DNA of 55,038 nt, filler included, from Haplodiscus bocki (Eukaryota), in NCBI GenBank assembly GCA_965655095.1. It is 2 parts of 2 records of this genome, joined end to end, with 100 filler letters (N's around TTAATTAATTAA, not from the genome) between each part and the next. Parts side by side here need not be neighbours in the genome. Positions count along the whole stretch, not along the records: positions 1 to 27,802 come from OZ296655.1; positions 27,903 to 55,038 come from OZ296651.1. One strand, 5' to 3'. Position numbers and translations under genes: made by a program. A model generated the notes under the pieces. That model was not told the DNA's origin. It did no database searches and saw only the letters and a list, made by a program, of their open reading frames with translations. Positions 27,800 through 39,744 of the stretch are shown here, in pieces; position 1 is the first letter of the stretch, and every line of letters begins with the position of its first letter.

Positions 27800-27802
27800 C
27801 TG

Positions 27803-27902
27803 NNNNNNNNNNNNNNNNNNNNNNNNNNNNNNNNNNNNNNNNNNNNTTAATTAATTAANNNNNNNNNNNNNNNNNNNNNNNNNNNNNNNNNNNNNNNNNN
27901 NN
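27803..27902. other. Artificial contig-joining linker (N44-TTAATTAATTAA-N44)
   Basis: Exactly 100 bp; the palindromic 12-mer at 27847-27858 gives stops in all six frames. Confidence 0.97.
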
Positions 27903-28533
27903 TGATTGGCGCAGTTTAATACCAGGTATCAGTTGTACTCCTGTGATATTTTGTGACACACAGGCATTACCTTTCTCGGTTATGCGTAGTGTTGGTATTA
28001 GTTGTAGAATGTCTAGTTAGTTCGTCAGTGATGACTTTAGCATATTTTGTCGCTGAAAGACTTTTAGTACTTCATTTTTCAGACTTCATGACACTCATGA
28101 CAACTTTTTTTTTCATTTTTTTGGCAATAGTTTCAATGATATTTTTGTCGTGCTTCATGTATAGCTTTCCTTATATTTGAATTGTATGCCTTTTTTCCAT
28201 GCAAGGCTTAATTGTATTCCTGTGCAGTTTATAACTGAAAGGAAAATTGATTGTGAGAGGTCATGCTGGATGCATTTCAACACAATCCAGTTAGAATACT
28301 CTGACATATTTCATTGGGCATACCATTTCGAAGGTAGTTTTAACATTGGAGTTCAGATTTGATTTCACTTTCGACTCAACTTTGGTAATCAGGGCGAGGG
28401 TTTCACCAGCGTTTACGTTGTATGTTACGTTGTATGGTTTCTTCTTTATTAATGCCGTAGTCAGGTTTAAACAAATGACTCCAGCAGAACTAACAACTAC
28501 ATTATGTCACGCAGAACGGGTTAATTACGTGTA

Positions 28534-29149
28534 CCGTAGTGTCAGAAAAGAAAGGAACCTTTATTTGTGAATTAATACTGGAACGCTGCATATACTTGCG
28601 TAACACGCAAAAGCAACTGAAAATCACAAATTATGTTAGAAACAAAAGTTTCATGTAATTTTATCTAGTGTACAATGGTGTTTGTTTGAAACTTCTAGGA
28701 TCATTATTATAGAAGTTAGAGATTTTGCATGACTCCCTTTACAAAATATTAACATTGGGAATGACTACTTTTTCTCGAGAAATCTCTGCTCATTTTGATA
28801 GTGTAAACACTGGGGAGCTGCCAACTTCTTAGTGTAATCAGTGGATGAGGGCATCTTGACAGTATATGAAATGTAAACAAAAACGAAGTAGAAGTTACTT
28901 GAAACATCGAAAGTTGTGACGCAAAATCAACCTCCTATCTTAATACATAGAGGTGCAAAATCTCCTAACTTTTATAATATTGATCCTAGAAGTTTCAAAC
29001 AAACACCATTGTAAACTAAATAAATTTCTAAGAAACTTTTCTTTCGAACATAATTTGTGCTTTTCAGTTGTTTTTGAGTATTACGCAAGTATATGTAGCG
29101 TTCCATTACTATTTCACATACAAGATTCCTTTCTTTTCTGACACTACTG
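28534..29149. mobile_element. MITE / non-autonomous Tc1-mariner-superfamily element with ~196-bp TIRs and TA target duplication
   Basis: Left end TA|CCGTAGTGTCAGAAAAGAAAGGAA; right end TTCCTTTCTTTTCTGACACTACTG|TA. Arms 28534-28729 and 28954-29149 are imperfect inverted copies around a ~224-bp non-coding core. Confidence 0.9.
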
Positions 29150-29694
29150 TAATTTGCTCTATTGGTTAATGCATGGAACATCAGATGACTGCTGAAACGT
29201 GTAGCGTAAACTGATTCCTGCAGAATCTTCGTGAAACAAATTGGGAGTTGACAGGAAAACTAAATGGAAAAAAAGAATTAGCCATAAATTATTGAAGATT
29301 GAACCATTTAAATCTGGCTCAAACAAGAGACCTTACCGTAGTCTACTTTTCAAGCAAAATTCAGGAATTGCTCAAGTTTCTTCTCTTTGACAATTTTTTT
29401 CAAGTTCATACGCTTTATTGTTTGTAAATTGAGTTTGTGTGCATTCCGTCTTTTTGAAACCAGAACGTATAGGCATTCAGTATCTTCTTGATGAAACAGT
29501 TTATCAAAGTTGAGGTTCGACACACTAAGGTGTAGGAGTAAAGGTCAGTTCGACTATTCCTTCGAAAAGAAAATGCTTGGTTGTTTGATTGACTACTACG
29601 TCGAGCATCTAAAATATCATGAATAAAAGAATACATTACTTATCAACGAACCAACTGACCGCTATAATCGCTTTAGCTAGTTTCAACCCTAGTG

Positions 29695-29860
29695 AGACGT
29701 GCAGACAAAACATGCAAAATGCATGCATGCAGCTAATTATTTTTTTATAAAACATGGAGAATTCAGACATCTTGCATGGAAAAATCCTGCAAAATTTGTC
29801 TGCGCTTCGTAAAATTCTTGCGAAAATTGCCTGCAACATGGAAAATTTTTGAAAAATCTT
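29695..29860 (+). repeat. Dispersed short repeat, copy 2 (related to 13880-14035)
   Basis: Shared caaaacatgcaaaa/tgcatgcatgc/cttgcat/aacatggaaaa blocks. Confidence 0.55.
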
Positions 29861-32800
29861 TCATTGTTTTAGGATTCAATTTGATTTTTTCGAGTCCAGA
29901 ACATCGTTTCCTCAATCTAAACTTAGAGTGGAATCCTAAAAGCTTTTCTGAGGGATAACGTCAATAAAGAAAAACTCATATTAAATTTTAAGAAGAAAAC
30001 AAATATTTCTTTACAAATGTATTTAAATATTGAATAAAACACATCAATTTTAAAAAAAAAAACACTCCGAGTTAAATGCAAAAGAATCTCTATTTGACCG
30101 GTTCTAATGACTGGCATCCAACTTCCGGACACAAGCCTGACCAAGCCTACATGCAGCTGTCCAGGAGCTATATAAGTGCAAACGCCGATTCTGGCTCAAA
30201 TGGAATTCTCTTAAACATTGAAACAAGTTTATAAAAGTCTTTATCTTGAGAAGTTTTGGAGGAGCTTGAACGAAACAGGAGATGTTTTTTTTTCGGAAAA
30301 CGTAGTCAGGAAAAATTTTAAACTACTTCGATGGAGTCAGACTTTGAATTTTTTCTTGTTGAGGCCAGTTTTTTTGCGGTGACGTTTGCATTCGTTTCTT
30401 ACATTGGGATTTCTGTCGAGTTGATTACATCATTGGTTTTTCAAATTCGAGAAAGATTTTCAGTGATTTTGATGGGGCTACTCTGAAAACCATTGATGTA
30501 ATCAGTTTGACAAAAACGCAAACGTAGAAAACGGAGGCAAACGTCACCAGAAAAAAAAGCCTAAAGTTTGAAAAACAAAAAACTTAGAGCTCTGCAGGAG
30601 CAAAAACGATGTAATTTGAGAACTAAAAAGGTAAACAAACTATGCAAACATTGGGGGAAAAAGCAAAACTGTCAAATAAGTCAAAATGGCTGTTTTTGGT
30701 CTTTTTCACACTTCGCCAGACTCCCTATCGAGGTCGCAAAATGCAACCTCTGGAAAAATTAAGCAAAAAAAACTAAGTTGCCATTACACACTCTACCTAG
30801 CACTCAGAATGTGTGAAAAAACGTCCAAAAGTTTTACATCAAAATAAACACCCCCTAAATGAAAATTATTATTTTTTAGACCGGACTTCATTTTAGAACT
30901 TCTTCCATTTTTCTGTCGCTTCGCAAATCAAAACACAAATTCAGCTTCTAAATCAAACAGTCATTTTCAAGCAATTTACTTGCGCGAGCATCTTCGAACT
31001 ACCTTGTCCAACTTACTGACACAACTAATTCAAACAACTATTACAAAGGCGCAGTAACAATTCCCGAGCGTAGTGGGACCACGCATACCGACAAAGGAAC
31101 ATGTCAAAAACTTCAGACCTTCTCTCACTGGATCTTATTCTTTAGATCTTATTCCGTCTCCCATTTGTTGAGCCTCTTAAAAACAAATAAGCTCTAAAAC
31201 ATCAAGGTACCTGAGACAAAAATACATATTAGAAAATACAAATACAGAAAAGAAACACATAAATGCATAACTTATCAACTATCTTCTGAAAACTTTATCT
31301 GGCTAATAGTTAAATTTGGAGAAACCGAATCATGACTTATCGCAAAATTTTCAGTTATTTCGAGTTTTTGATAAGTCAGAAAGATCGCAAGAGTCGAGAA
31401 TTTAGTAAAAAGTGTTGTCATACTGCAGAAACGTTGACAGAATTTTGTCTTCAAGGCCAGAATTAGTACCATTTTTTTCGAAACATTCCCAACAATTGAG
31501 TTTTTTGTGAAAATTTTTCCATCTCAGAAATCGATCAAAACTTAGACTGCATTGGGCAATTTCCTCAAGAAAACTGTCCCAAAAGAACAATCGTTTACGT
31601 TATTTTTTGTGGAAAAATCAAAAAAGGCAGGAATATTTTCCGATCTGTTTTTTCGCACTGGTGCCGGAGTTTTTGTTGCTGCCAAAAGATTTTTTGCGTT
31701 CACAATTATTCTCGGTTTGACGAATTTGTTTCGGATTTTGCTCTGCAACGAAAATTGGTAATTGATGTAATAAATGCATGTAGTAGCATCAGAAAGTCCG
31801 GAAAATTCGCGAACGAACCTCCTTAAAATTTTGCAAAGAACAATCAAAACCCCCGACAAACTATGCAAATCACATTAAAGAAACCTATTAAAAATCAAGG
31901 CAACAGATCAACATTCGTCCTTGAAGAGTTTTGTGTTATTTTTCTAAACTCATGCAAAAAGCTCAAGGTATTTGGTAAAATCATCAACAACTTCAAATGC
32001 ATTAAAACTAGTTGAAGAAGTGATGGGTGTGCAGGGTTCTTAGGTACACTCTTTAGCAAATATATTTACTTTTGTTCGCTTTAGCTGAAATTGCTAAGTG
32101 GCATGTGCGGCCAAACGTCTAAGTTATCGTGAGAAAAATCTCTAAACTTTATACTGTTATTAGCTTTGTAAACTTGCCTTGCTAATCCGCGCTGACAAAG
32201 TTGCATAAGTTCTACTAGCAAGGTCTTGGTGAGAAAAGAAAGAGTAAAAAACGTAAGATGATATATTTGCTGGATAAACGGAAATGGTAGTCAATCTTAT
32301 AAAAACAAGTTTGCTTAAGACAAGATATAAATTCGGAAAGGTGAGATTACTAGGGTCAAAATTTGAGCGGTCCAAACTATTTCAATCCAGTAGCAAGTTT
32401 ATGACAACTTCCAACTTTAAAATTATTATTTCACTCTCTTCTCAACGATATATAAAATGGCAAAGGGAAACTCGCCACAATCTCCCGTGCTACAAGACCA
32501 GGTACCAAATCAAATGAGGATCGGGATTGAAATTCCTCTGGAACCCGATATGCTTGAGCCCGAGTTGACTCCTTCCCCGGTATCTGGGGAAGATGGGTCC
32601 GATAACTTTTCGGACTTTTTTACTGAGTGGACGTGGAGGCTCTGGAAGAGTGGGCTAATATAACCAACTTTATAATGGGCGGTCTTGGGTTCTCAGTTGA
32701 AGAACCAGAGATTACATAGAATTGCCGTGATTTCCTGATAGTTATGTATGGGAATATTTCGGAAAAGCGAATTCTCCGCTGCACCACAATGATAATAGAG

Positions 32801-33850
32801 CAGTTAAAAAATCTAATAACAGGCTTCTGCAAATTGACCAACTACCAAAAAACACAGATGGGGGGAACGTTTTGCCCGTTGGCTGCCTTCGACATTTCGA
32901 GTCCATTTTAAGGGACTGGGGAGTCCGGGGTTCCGGGAAATAAAGTAGGCCCTTGTGTCTACTTCGTAGGTGGTTTACGTAGCCCATATCACACTTGTAT
33001 TCTGTCTTACTGTTTGGTCCGCCATATAGCAAATTTAGGGAATTGCATGAAAAAACTCTCGTAATAGTTCAGAAATTAAAGAAGAAACTCATAAGGACTA
33101 CGTTCATTCTAAATTTATATCGTTTACGCAAGCAAACTTGGTCCTCAATTTTAATTTACAATTCTCTCCGAAAAACGGGAAAAACCTATTAAAAATAAGG
33201 ACTAAGTTGAGGTAAAAACTTATTGGCGTTTTGATTAGGACGAATGATATAATTCGTTTTTTTATTTTAGACTGTGCTTTTTAATTTTCGTGTAAGTTTT
33301 AAGATTACTTGTCTTTTTCAGTTCAATTTTATCTAAGACCCTGAGATCATGCCATAAAAGCAGTCGACCAAGTCAAGCTTCCTAGTCTCTCTTTGTGTAA
33401 AGCGTGAACCACTGACGAGGAACTAACATGCATTTTACTTTTTGGATTAAATATTTCTTTTACTCTTTCAATCAAAACCCGAGTAACCTGCCATAGCATA
33501 GCAACTGGGTGAAAAATTTTCGATTCCTCGTCTTCCCAACCGTGATTAAGACCTCCAGATTTTTTGGAGGGGTTGAAATAATTTAGGTTTCAACTACTAG
33601 TTAGGAATGGCTCACTGTAAACGGCACCTGGTGATTCTCTCTTGGTCCCTTTTTATCTCAAACGCGGCAGTTCCTTCGCGTTTTGTCGAGAAGGACTTCG
33701 TAGAAGAAAATGACTAGTGAGAATAACTCTCCTAGATCAGAGCAAAGATACAACTGGCGAATACTGAAGATGGGTGAGGATACTTGTAGGTTGGCTGCGG
33801 GGTGAAACTCCGTTGAGTTGTCCCGCCGGGTTGATGCTGATGATGAATAT

Positions 33851-34065
33851 TGGCAAAGACACAAATTGGAATTGTCGTAGAAGATTTTCGATAAGTTGCA
33901 ATATGGTCTTGGCTGAGACACAATTTCGAATTGTCTTAGAATTTTTTCGATAAGATGAAATTGAACTTCGGCTTTGACACAGTCTGGAAAACTCTTAGAA
34001 TAGTTTCGTTTAGATGCAACCGAAGTTCGGCTGAGACACAATCTGGAACTGTCTGAGAAATAATC
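33851..34065 (+). repeat. 59-bp tandem repeat, ~3.6 copies
   Basis: ggc(tga/aaa/ttt)gacaca starts at 33852, 33911, 33970 and 34029 (period exactly 59). Confidence 0.85.
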
Positions 34066-34149
34066 CGCTCGCTTCAAAAGAGAAAAGAACTGGTAAGATA
34101 GGAAGAGAAGAGCAGTTTAAAGTTAGGAGTAAAAAAAAGTTTGGCCTCG

Positions 34150-34485
34150 TGTAACTAGGCAAGTTAGCGGGAGCGAGCAAATGAAACTTATGGCTGAGCG
34201 CTGGGTATTCATAGCCCGTTTGGTTACGTGACCACGTCACATGACCGAGCATGTCGTCATGCAGCCAATAGGAAAATCCCACTAGGCTGGGCGAATTAGA
34301 GTTTTTGTTTCTGTATAAATTGTGCAATTTCAACTGAACAAATCGAGATGTCAGTCAGTTTGTATGCACTCGCCATAGTGGCGACGATTACTTGTATCTA
34401 TTTCTTTGTAGCCACCAAGTCCCCCTTTTATCATGCAATTGCTGTAGTAATCAACTGCAAGGGCTCGTACTAGTCCGAGTCAACA
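34150..34485 (+). repeat. Putative LTR of element C
   Basis: Begins TGTAAC, ends CAACA, contains CCAAT (34265-34269) and TATAAAT (34314-34320), and ends where the Tc1 ORF is cut. Confidence 0.55.
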
Positions 34486-34486
34486 G

Positions 34487-34867
34487 TTATTGGCAAAACT
34501 TCGAGCTGTTGGTTTGGTGAGTAATTTCCATTTCCTGTATTATCTTATCAGTTTCCGTTTTAATATTTTCCGTATCAAACTTGTGGAGCAACTTTTTTTC
34601 AATTGAGATGCCATAAAAGTTGAGTTGAATTTTTTTGGTATCATTCTGTGATAAATTTATCAATTGTTTTTCCTGTTTAGAATCCAAATTTTTCGGTCTA
34701 CCCGCACTTTTTCGATTTTTGAAATGTCCGTGGGAATTATATCTTCGAATAATATGCCAACAAGTGCTTGTTGGAACAGAGGTAGCCATCGAAATTGAAA
34801 ATAAACTATATCCTTTGTGGTAAAGTGAAACTACCTTTCGTTTAGTTTCAATACTGCAATTAGACAT
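34487..34867 (-). pseudogene. Tc1-family transposase N-terminal fragment (paired-like HTH)
   Basis: SIETKRKVVSLYHKGYSLFSISMATSVPTSTCWHIIRRYNSHGHFKNRKSAGRPKNL contains the HTH and GRPK linker typical of Tc1. Frameshifted downstream; DDE domain missing. Confidence 0.85.
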
Positions 34868-35169
34868 CCTCAAACTCTTTGCGCCAACTAATTTTATGAA
34901 TATTGTCAATTGTTTTCACCGAGAATTAAGTTTCTCAAATCTAATTTCTGTTAATTAGTATTTTATTTCCTCAGAAGTATACCGTCCGAAAAATTTCTCA
35001 CAGTAAGGAGTCCGATTCTGTAATCACACTAGTGTATCATCAGCAGTGTACATCCTTTTCTCATCAGCGTATTGTACTAGTTAACAATGGAAAGCAAGTC
35101 ATTCTTGTTACATGTAGTCGCAACAGGTTCCGTGTTTGTTGGTGATCTAGCAGCCAAAGAGAAACAGAG

Positions 35170-35860
35170 AAAAAGAGAGCATCATAATGTCAAAATCAGT
35201 TATAAGATTTCAATCAATAAGTCATTACCCATGTTTGACCTTGTAGCATCACTTTGATTTGAGACCGTCAGCCCATGAAAAGTCCAGATTGTTTCTGAAA
35301 ACTCTTTCCTCTGTGAGAAATAAAAAGTTGGTATTATAATCACTAATTGAAAGGAGATTCCAACCTCCATCTGTCCCTTTATCAGTAGAAGTTGAAAAAC
35401 ATTCGAGGAATGTAGCCGGTTTATTCTTACTGGTGTTGTAACAACAATTGAAATTGATTTCTTTGCTAAGAAGTTCAGTTTGTACAAAAACAGTATTTTT
35501 TTCATCCGTATTTAGCGCCCCCCCCCCCCACTAGCTGAAATCCGAATTGCTTTGAAATTGCGTGGAACGAGATGCAAATTCCACCTCTCATGGAATTTGA
35601 TGGCTTTCTATCACAACCAAATTTGACGTACTCTTCGTTTGAAAAATTCCTGAAATCAGAGACCACGGAAGTTTGTGCCCCAGTTACACAAAATCTTTCA
35701 AATATCATTACATTTTTTTTCATTTGGTTGAAGCAGTTCTCTCAGCCCAGAGTACCGTTCAAGGTTTCTCATAGATTTGAAGAAGCTTAAAAATTGACTG
35801 GATGTCACCTGCTAGCATGGGTAGAGATTTACGCAGGAATTTTTTCAAAGTTCAGGCATA
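35170..35860 (-). pseudogene. AP-endonuclease remnant of an older LINE ORF2
   Basis: FCVTG (cf. xxTETW), F...CDR...RGGICI, and ATRSN...LLIEI (cf. PTR...xID) in ORFs 35502-35723 and 35200-35505. Confidence 0.55.
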
Positions 35861-36179
35861 CGATTAAACTTATTTAATTCGAATGGAAGCTTTCTTGAGT
35901 AAAACAATTTCTGTGTTATTGGGCAGCAACTCTGAAACTAATAATAATTATTATTTATTTTATCAGGAGTCAAATACATTTGGTACTATTAATTTAAAAC
36001 ACTTTACAGAACGAACTCAACTCCCAAAAAGACCTCCCAAAAGCATTCAGGCTTTTCAAGGGGAGACCTTTGAACTGAAATTAGGTTTAGAGTTTATTTT
36101 TTTTTGTTTTGAGAGGTAACGGTTCGGTGCTTTCTGCAACGATGATATGACCAGGATTCAAAAAATTAAGTCGACCAGT

Positions 36180-38967
36180 TCACCGTTACCACAATTATAC
36201 AAATCTGCGATTCTGTGTTGCAAAGTTCGCTATTGCTCGTCTTTCATCTCATTTACTTCATAATCGGTAGGGAAGACTCCCCAATTTCTCGAAGTATTAT
36301 TCAAACTAATGGCGCGGAAATCCAGCACATCATTGTTTGCAGCATACGTCCAGATGTTTTTTCCCTGTTTCTTGTATCTTTCTGCTGGGACCCTATATCA
36401 CGGATCTCAAAATTATTACGTTTTTGAGATGAAGAATATTTAAGGAATCATATATATGTAATTCAAATACAGTGCATATCTTGCAATTTTTAAATTTCCC
36501 TAAGACAAAAGATCTATATGGCAGCCGGAATGCTATGCAGACCAACTTTTTCTGAAAAACCAAAATCTGTTGAAGCATTGTTTTTCTCCCAAGGCCATAC
36601 AAAAATACGCCATACTGGACAATCGGGGACACATATGCCCTAATGTAAGCAAGTAAGTGAGATGTGTTCAATGTTTCCCTAAGTTTATAGACAATACCGC
36701 ATTGTTTCGAAAGCTTCTCGACAACTTTTCCATTATGTATATCAAAATCTAGCTTTTTAACGAAATAATTTCCCAAATACTTGTAACTGACGCAGGCAGC
36801 AATGGTTTGTTCATCAAGTTCAATACTTCCATTAACCTTTGCTCGCATCTCAAAAATTACAAATTTGGATTTCGTATAATTCAACTCGGTCCTATTTAGG
36901 GCTAACCAAGTTTGTAAATAAATCAGATCTCCAGTCTCCGAAGGCGAGTTTTCTATAAGAACTGTGTCATCCGCATATAGTAACAATTTACCTATGGTGT
37001 TTGCATTTGATCCAATGACGTTTATGTACACAAGAAGAAGAAGCGGTCCGAAAATTGACCCTTGAGGGCACCTCGTTTAACGATTTGAAGGTTGGAACTT
37101 TCAGAATTCACATTCACAAACTGTTTCCTCTCTGTTAAAAAGCTATTCATCAGTGCATAAACGTTTCCACGGACACCCAAGCTATGCAATTTTTTGAGTA
37201 AAATTTCATGATCTACAGTATCGAAAACTTTGCGAAATTCGAGAAAAACGCCCGTCGAGTTTGTTTTAGTGGCCCAATTTGATTGTATCGTTTTTCACAA
37301 CAACGTAGCAGCTAGAACAGTATCTTTATTTTTTCTAAATCCAAATTGATTTTCTGTCAGTAATGAAAACTTCTCAAGATATCTTATTAAGCGTTTCTGA
37401 ATAACTTTCGCGAAGTTTTCTGATAAATTTCCTAAGATCGAGTTAGGTCTACAATTGATGGGTGAAGCTTTTTTACCTTCTTTATGAATCGAAATGACTT
37501 TAGCTATTTTCATTATTCTCGGGAAAATGCCTTTAGAAATAAATTTGTTCGAACCGATACACAAATATTTGCAAAGAATTTCAGCTGAATGCTTCAAAAT
37601 TTTCACGTCAATATCATCGAAATTGATGGACTTTTTGGTTTTTAATTCTTTGAATATTGTACAAACTTCTTCATCAGTGACATACGAAAAGTACATTGAC
37701 TGGGTCTGTTGATTTTTGTCTGATGGAATGCAATAATCCAAAATCGGTGAAACTCTGGGCTCACAAGCATTCAAAAGATAATCATTGAAAGCATTTGCTG
37801 TCAAATCTCCATTTATTTTGGTATCAAAAACTTCTCCCTTCATTTTCCTGATATATTTGAAAAACACCTTGGGATTTTAATGATCAATTTTGTTTTATAC
37901 GTCTCCTCCTTTAGCCAATTTAATTTCTATATTGATTTCGTTTCTTTTGCCTTTGTAATTTAGATGTGCTTTTTCTGATTTTTAGTCAAGCCAGAGCTGG
38001 AAGAGTTTATCACGAATTTTTATGTGTCTTTTTATACGATTTGTTATCCACGTTTTCCGAGAGGAGAACTTTTTTGAGCTCTTGGCAAGGAAAATATTTA
38101 CCCGTTACTCTTTTTATGACTTCAACAACCTTAGTGATGTATGCTTCGCCAGACTGACCAGTCTCTACAATTTTTCCCAATGTGTGTGCAAAATAAAACG
38201 AAAATTTTTCGCTCTAATCTCTGTTCTCAAATTTTTTCAAGCATCGAAAACGGTATATACATTCCATAGCTTCGTATTCAAGATCCAATTTGAAATCAAA
38301 GCTGTAAAGATCATAAAATGATGTTTTTTCAATTGTATATTTTAGCAGTGGTACATTGCCAAAAATGGCATCTATATAAGAGCTAGAAGTTTTTGTTTCT
38401 CGGGTTGCTTCGCTCAAATTGATTAGGCTTAAACAATGTGCAGCCATTGTGTTTTCTAACTTCTTCCGTAAGACTAGCTCATCTAGCAAAAGATCAATGT
38501 TAAAGTCACCGGCTACCACTTGCGGTAAACCTCCATTTCTCTCTAATATTTCTTCAATGTGATTTAGATAGTTGTTTTTGTTTCGCGATGTTTGGCAGTA
38601 GAAGCAAGAAACCATGATTTTGCTTTTTTTTATTAGCTACTTTAACCGAGATGGACTCAAAGTCTTCATCTGTTCGTATTAATTCAGCTTGCAAGCACTC
38701 TGATGAATATATCGCTGCTCCACCACCTCGTTGTTCACTCCTAAAGCTTGTAAACGGTTTTTGATAACCTTCAAGGCAATGAAGATTAACATCGTCGTTG
38801 TTTTTAAACCAAGTCTCTGTCAAAGCTATGATCGACGGCTTTCTTTCCTTTATCCAAATTTCCAACTTTCCTAAGTTTGCACAAACCGATCTGATATTAT
38901 TATAGAACAAGGTTATTCCCTCTACACTACAATTAGTTTTTGAAAGTTTACCGTATGTGGATGCCAA
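36180..38967 (-). pseudogene. LINE ORF2 (APE endonuclease + reverse transcriptase)
   Basis: APE: FYNNIRSV, IIALTETW, RGGGAAIY, VAGDFNIDLL, TRETKTSSSYIDAIF. RT: KIAKVISIHKEG, RPNSILG, NQFGFRKNK, QGSIFGPLL, YADD (36966-36977), YKYLG. Confidence 0.92.
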
Positions 38968-38980
38968 TTGTGTTTTTTTG

Positions 38981-39660
38981 TTACACTGTGTGATATTGTT
39001 TGGTATCTACAACTTTTTGGGTACCCATTGGCAATCTGCTTTTCTCTCTTTGCACTGCAATAGCGATATTGTCATCGTTCGTTTTAGGACTGTTGACATT
39101 AATGATTTTCCGGATGCCATTATTTTCAATCAATAATTGAACTTGACAGTTCTGAGTTCGGGTTACCAGGTTTCTGTCATTTTTGTAGACTTGTAGCTCT
39201 TTATATTTCGGTGAAAGCCTTTCTTTGATAAACATCTGCCTGTTTTGTTAATGACTCCCCACAACATCTTTTTTCTGCTGTAAATTTCATTTTTTTCTTG
39301 AAATTAAACAACTTTTACTAAGATCGCTGGCGGCGTGTTCTTTTGACCTCTTCCCAGAACGTGACAAGCTTTAAAATTTTCAGGATTAGTAAGAAAATTC
39401 GTGTACTCACTCACCAAGCGAGTTATGAAAGTTGGCAAAAACTCCTTACCATCCCAGGGCAATTTTTCGAATATTAAGCAATCTTTAGAAGAATACCGTT
39501 CGTGGAGAGTAATTCGTTGTTCCAGGGCGCATAATTCGTTTTTCAGGGTAGTAATTTCCTGAGACTTCTTGTCGTTCTCCGATAAAGGAAACTCAATAAA
39601 TTTTTTTGTTGATGAACCTTTTACTTCAGATAATGCTTGTTCAATGTTGAAAGTCGCCAT
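38981..39660 (-). pseudogene. LINE ORF1 (coiled coil + RRM-like)
   Basis: Coiled coil LKNELCALEQRITLHERYSSKDCLIFEKLP, ACHVLG...PPAILVKV, then after a frameshift MFIKERLSP; directly upstream of ORF2. Confidence 0.75.
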
Positions 39661-39744
39661 TACGTAACAATTCTTTCACTGCACACTGTCAAAACGAACG
39701 TTCAAAAACAACCAACTGTTCACTAAGCTGTCATGTGTTTAATT

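Larger units (their letters stand above)
15932..27802 (-). mobile_element. Ty3/Gypsy LTR retrotransposon A, env-bearing, internally deleted and decayed; 5' end lost at the contig end
   Basis: On the minus strand, in order: gag with decayed CCHC, aspartic protease, Gypsy-type RT, envelope glycoprotein, PPT and a TG...CA LTR-like segment. Confidence 0.85.
32400..34485 (+). mobile_element. 3' fragment of a third LTR retrotransposon (C): ORF remnant, tandem repeats, purine-rich tract, LTR
   Basis: Pro/acidic ORF remnant 32457-32663, 59-bp repeats, purine-rich 34076-34139, then a TGTAAC...CAACA segment. The left boundary is uncertain. Confidence 0.5.
35945..39730 (-). mobile_element. Near full-length CR1/L2-group LINE (ORF1 + APE-RT ORF2), decayed
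   Basis: ORF1, APE and RT in order on the minus strand; minus-strand 3' tail AAATAAATAATAA at ~35948-35960. Confidence 0.85.

Noticed and set aside
27903-28500. Possible LINE ORF2 linker fragment (minus strand), and a LINE 3'-end-like fragment at ~29415-29640
   Set aside because: No catalytic motifs, and the order is inconsistent with one element.
31870-32050. Possible hAT fragment (HAKSSRYLVKSSTTSNALKLVEEVMG)
   Set aside because: Too short and ambiguous.
34960-35060. Tc1 terminal inverted repeat
   Set aside because: Several TA-CAG/CAC/CCG candidates but no partner end in the window.
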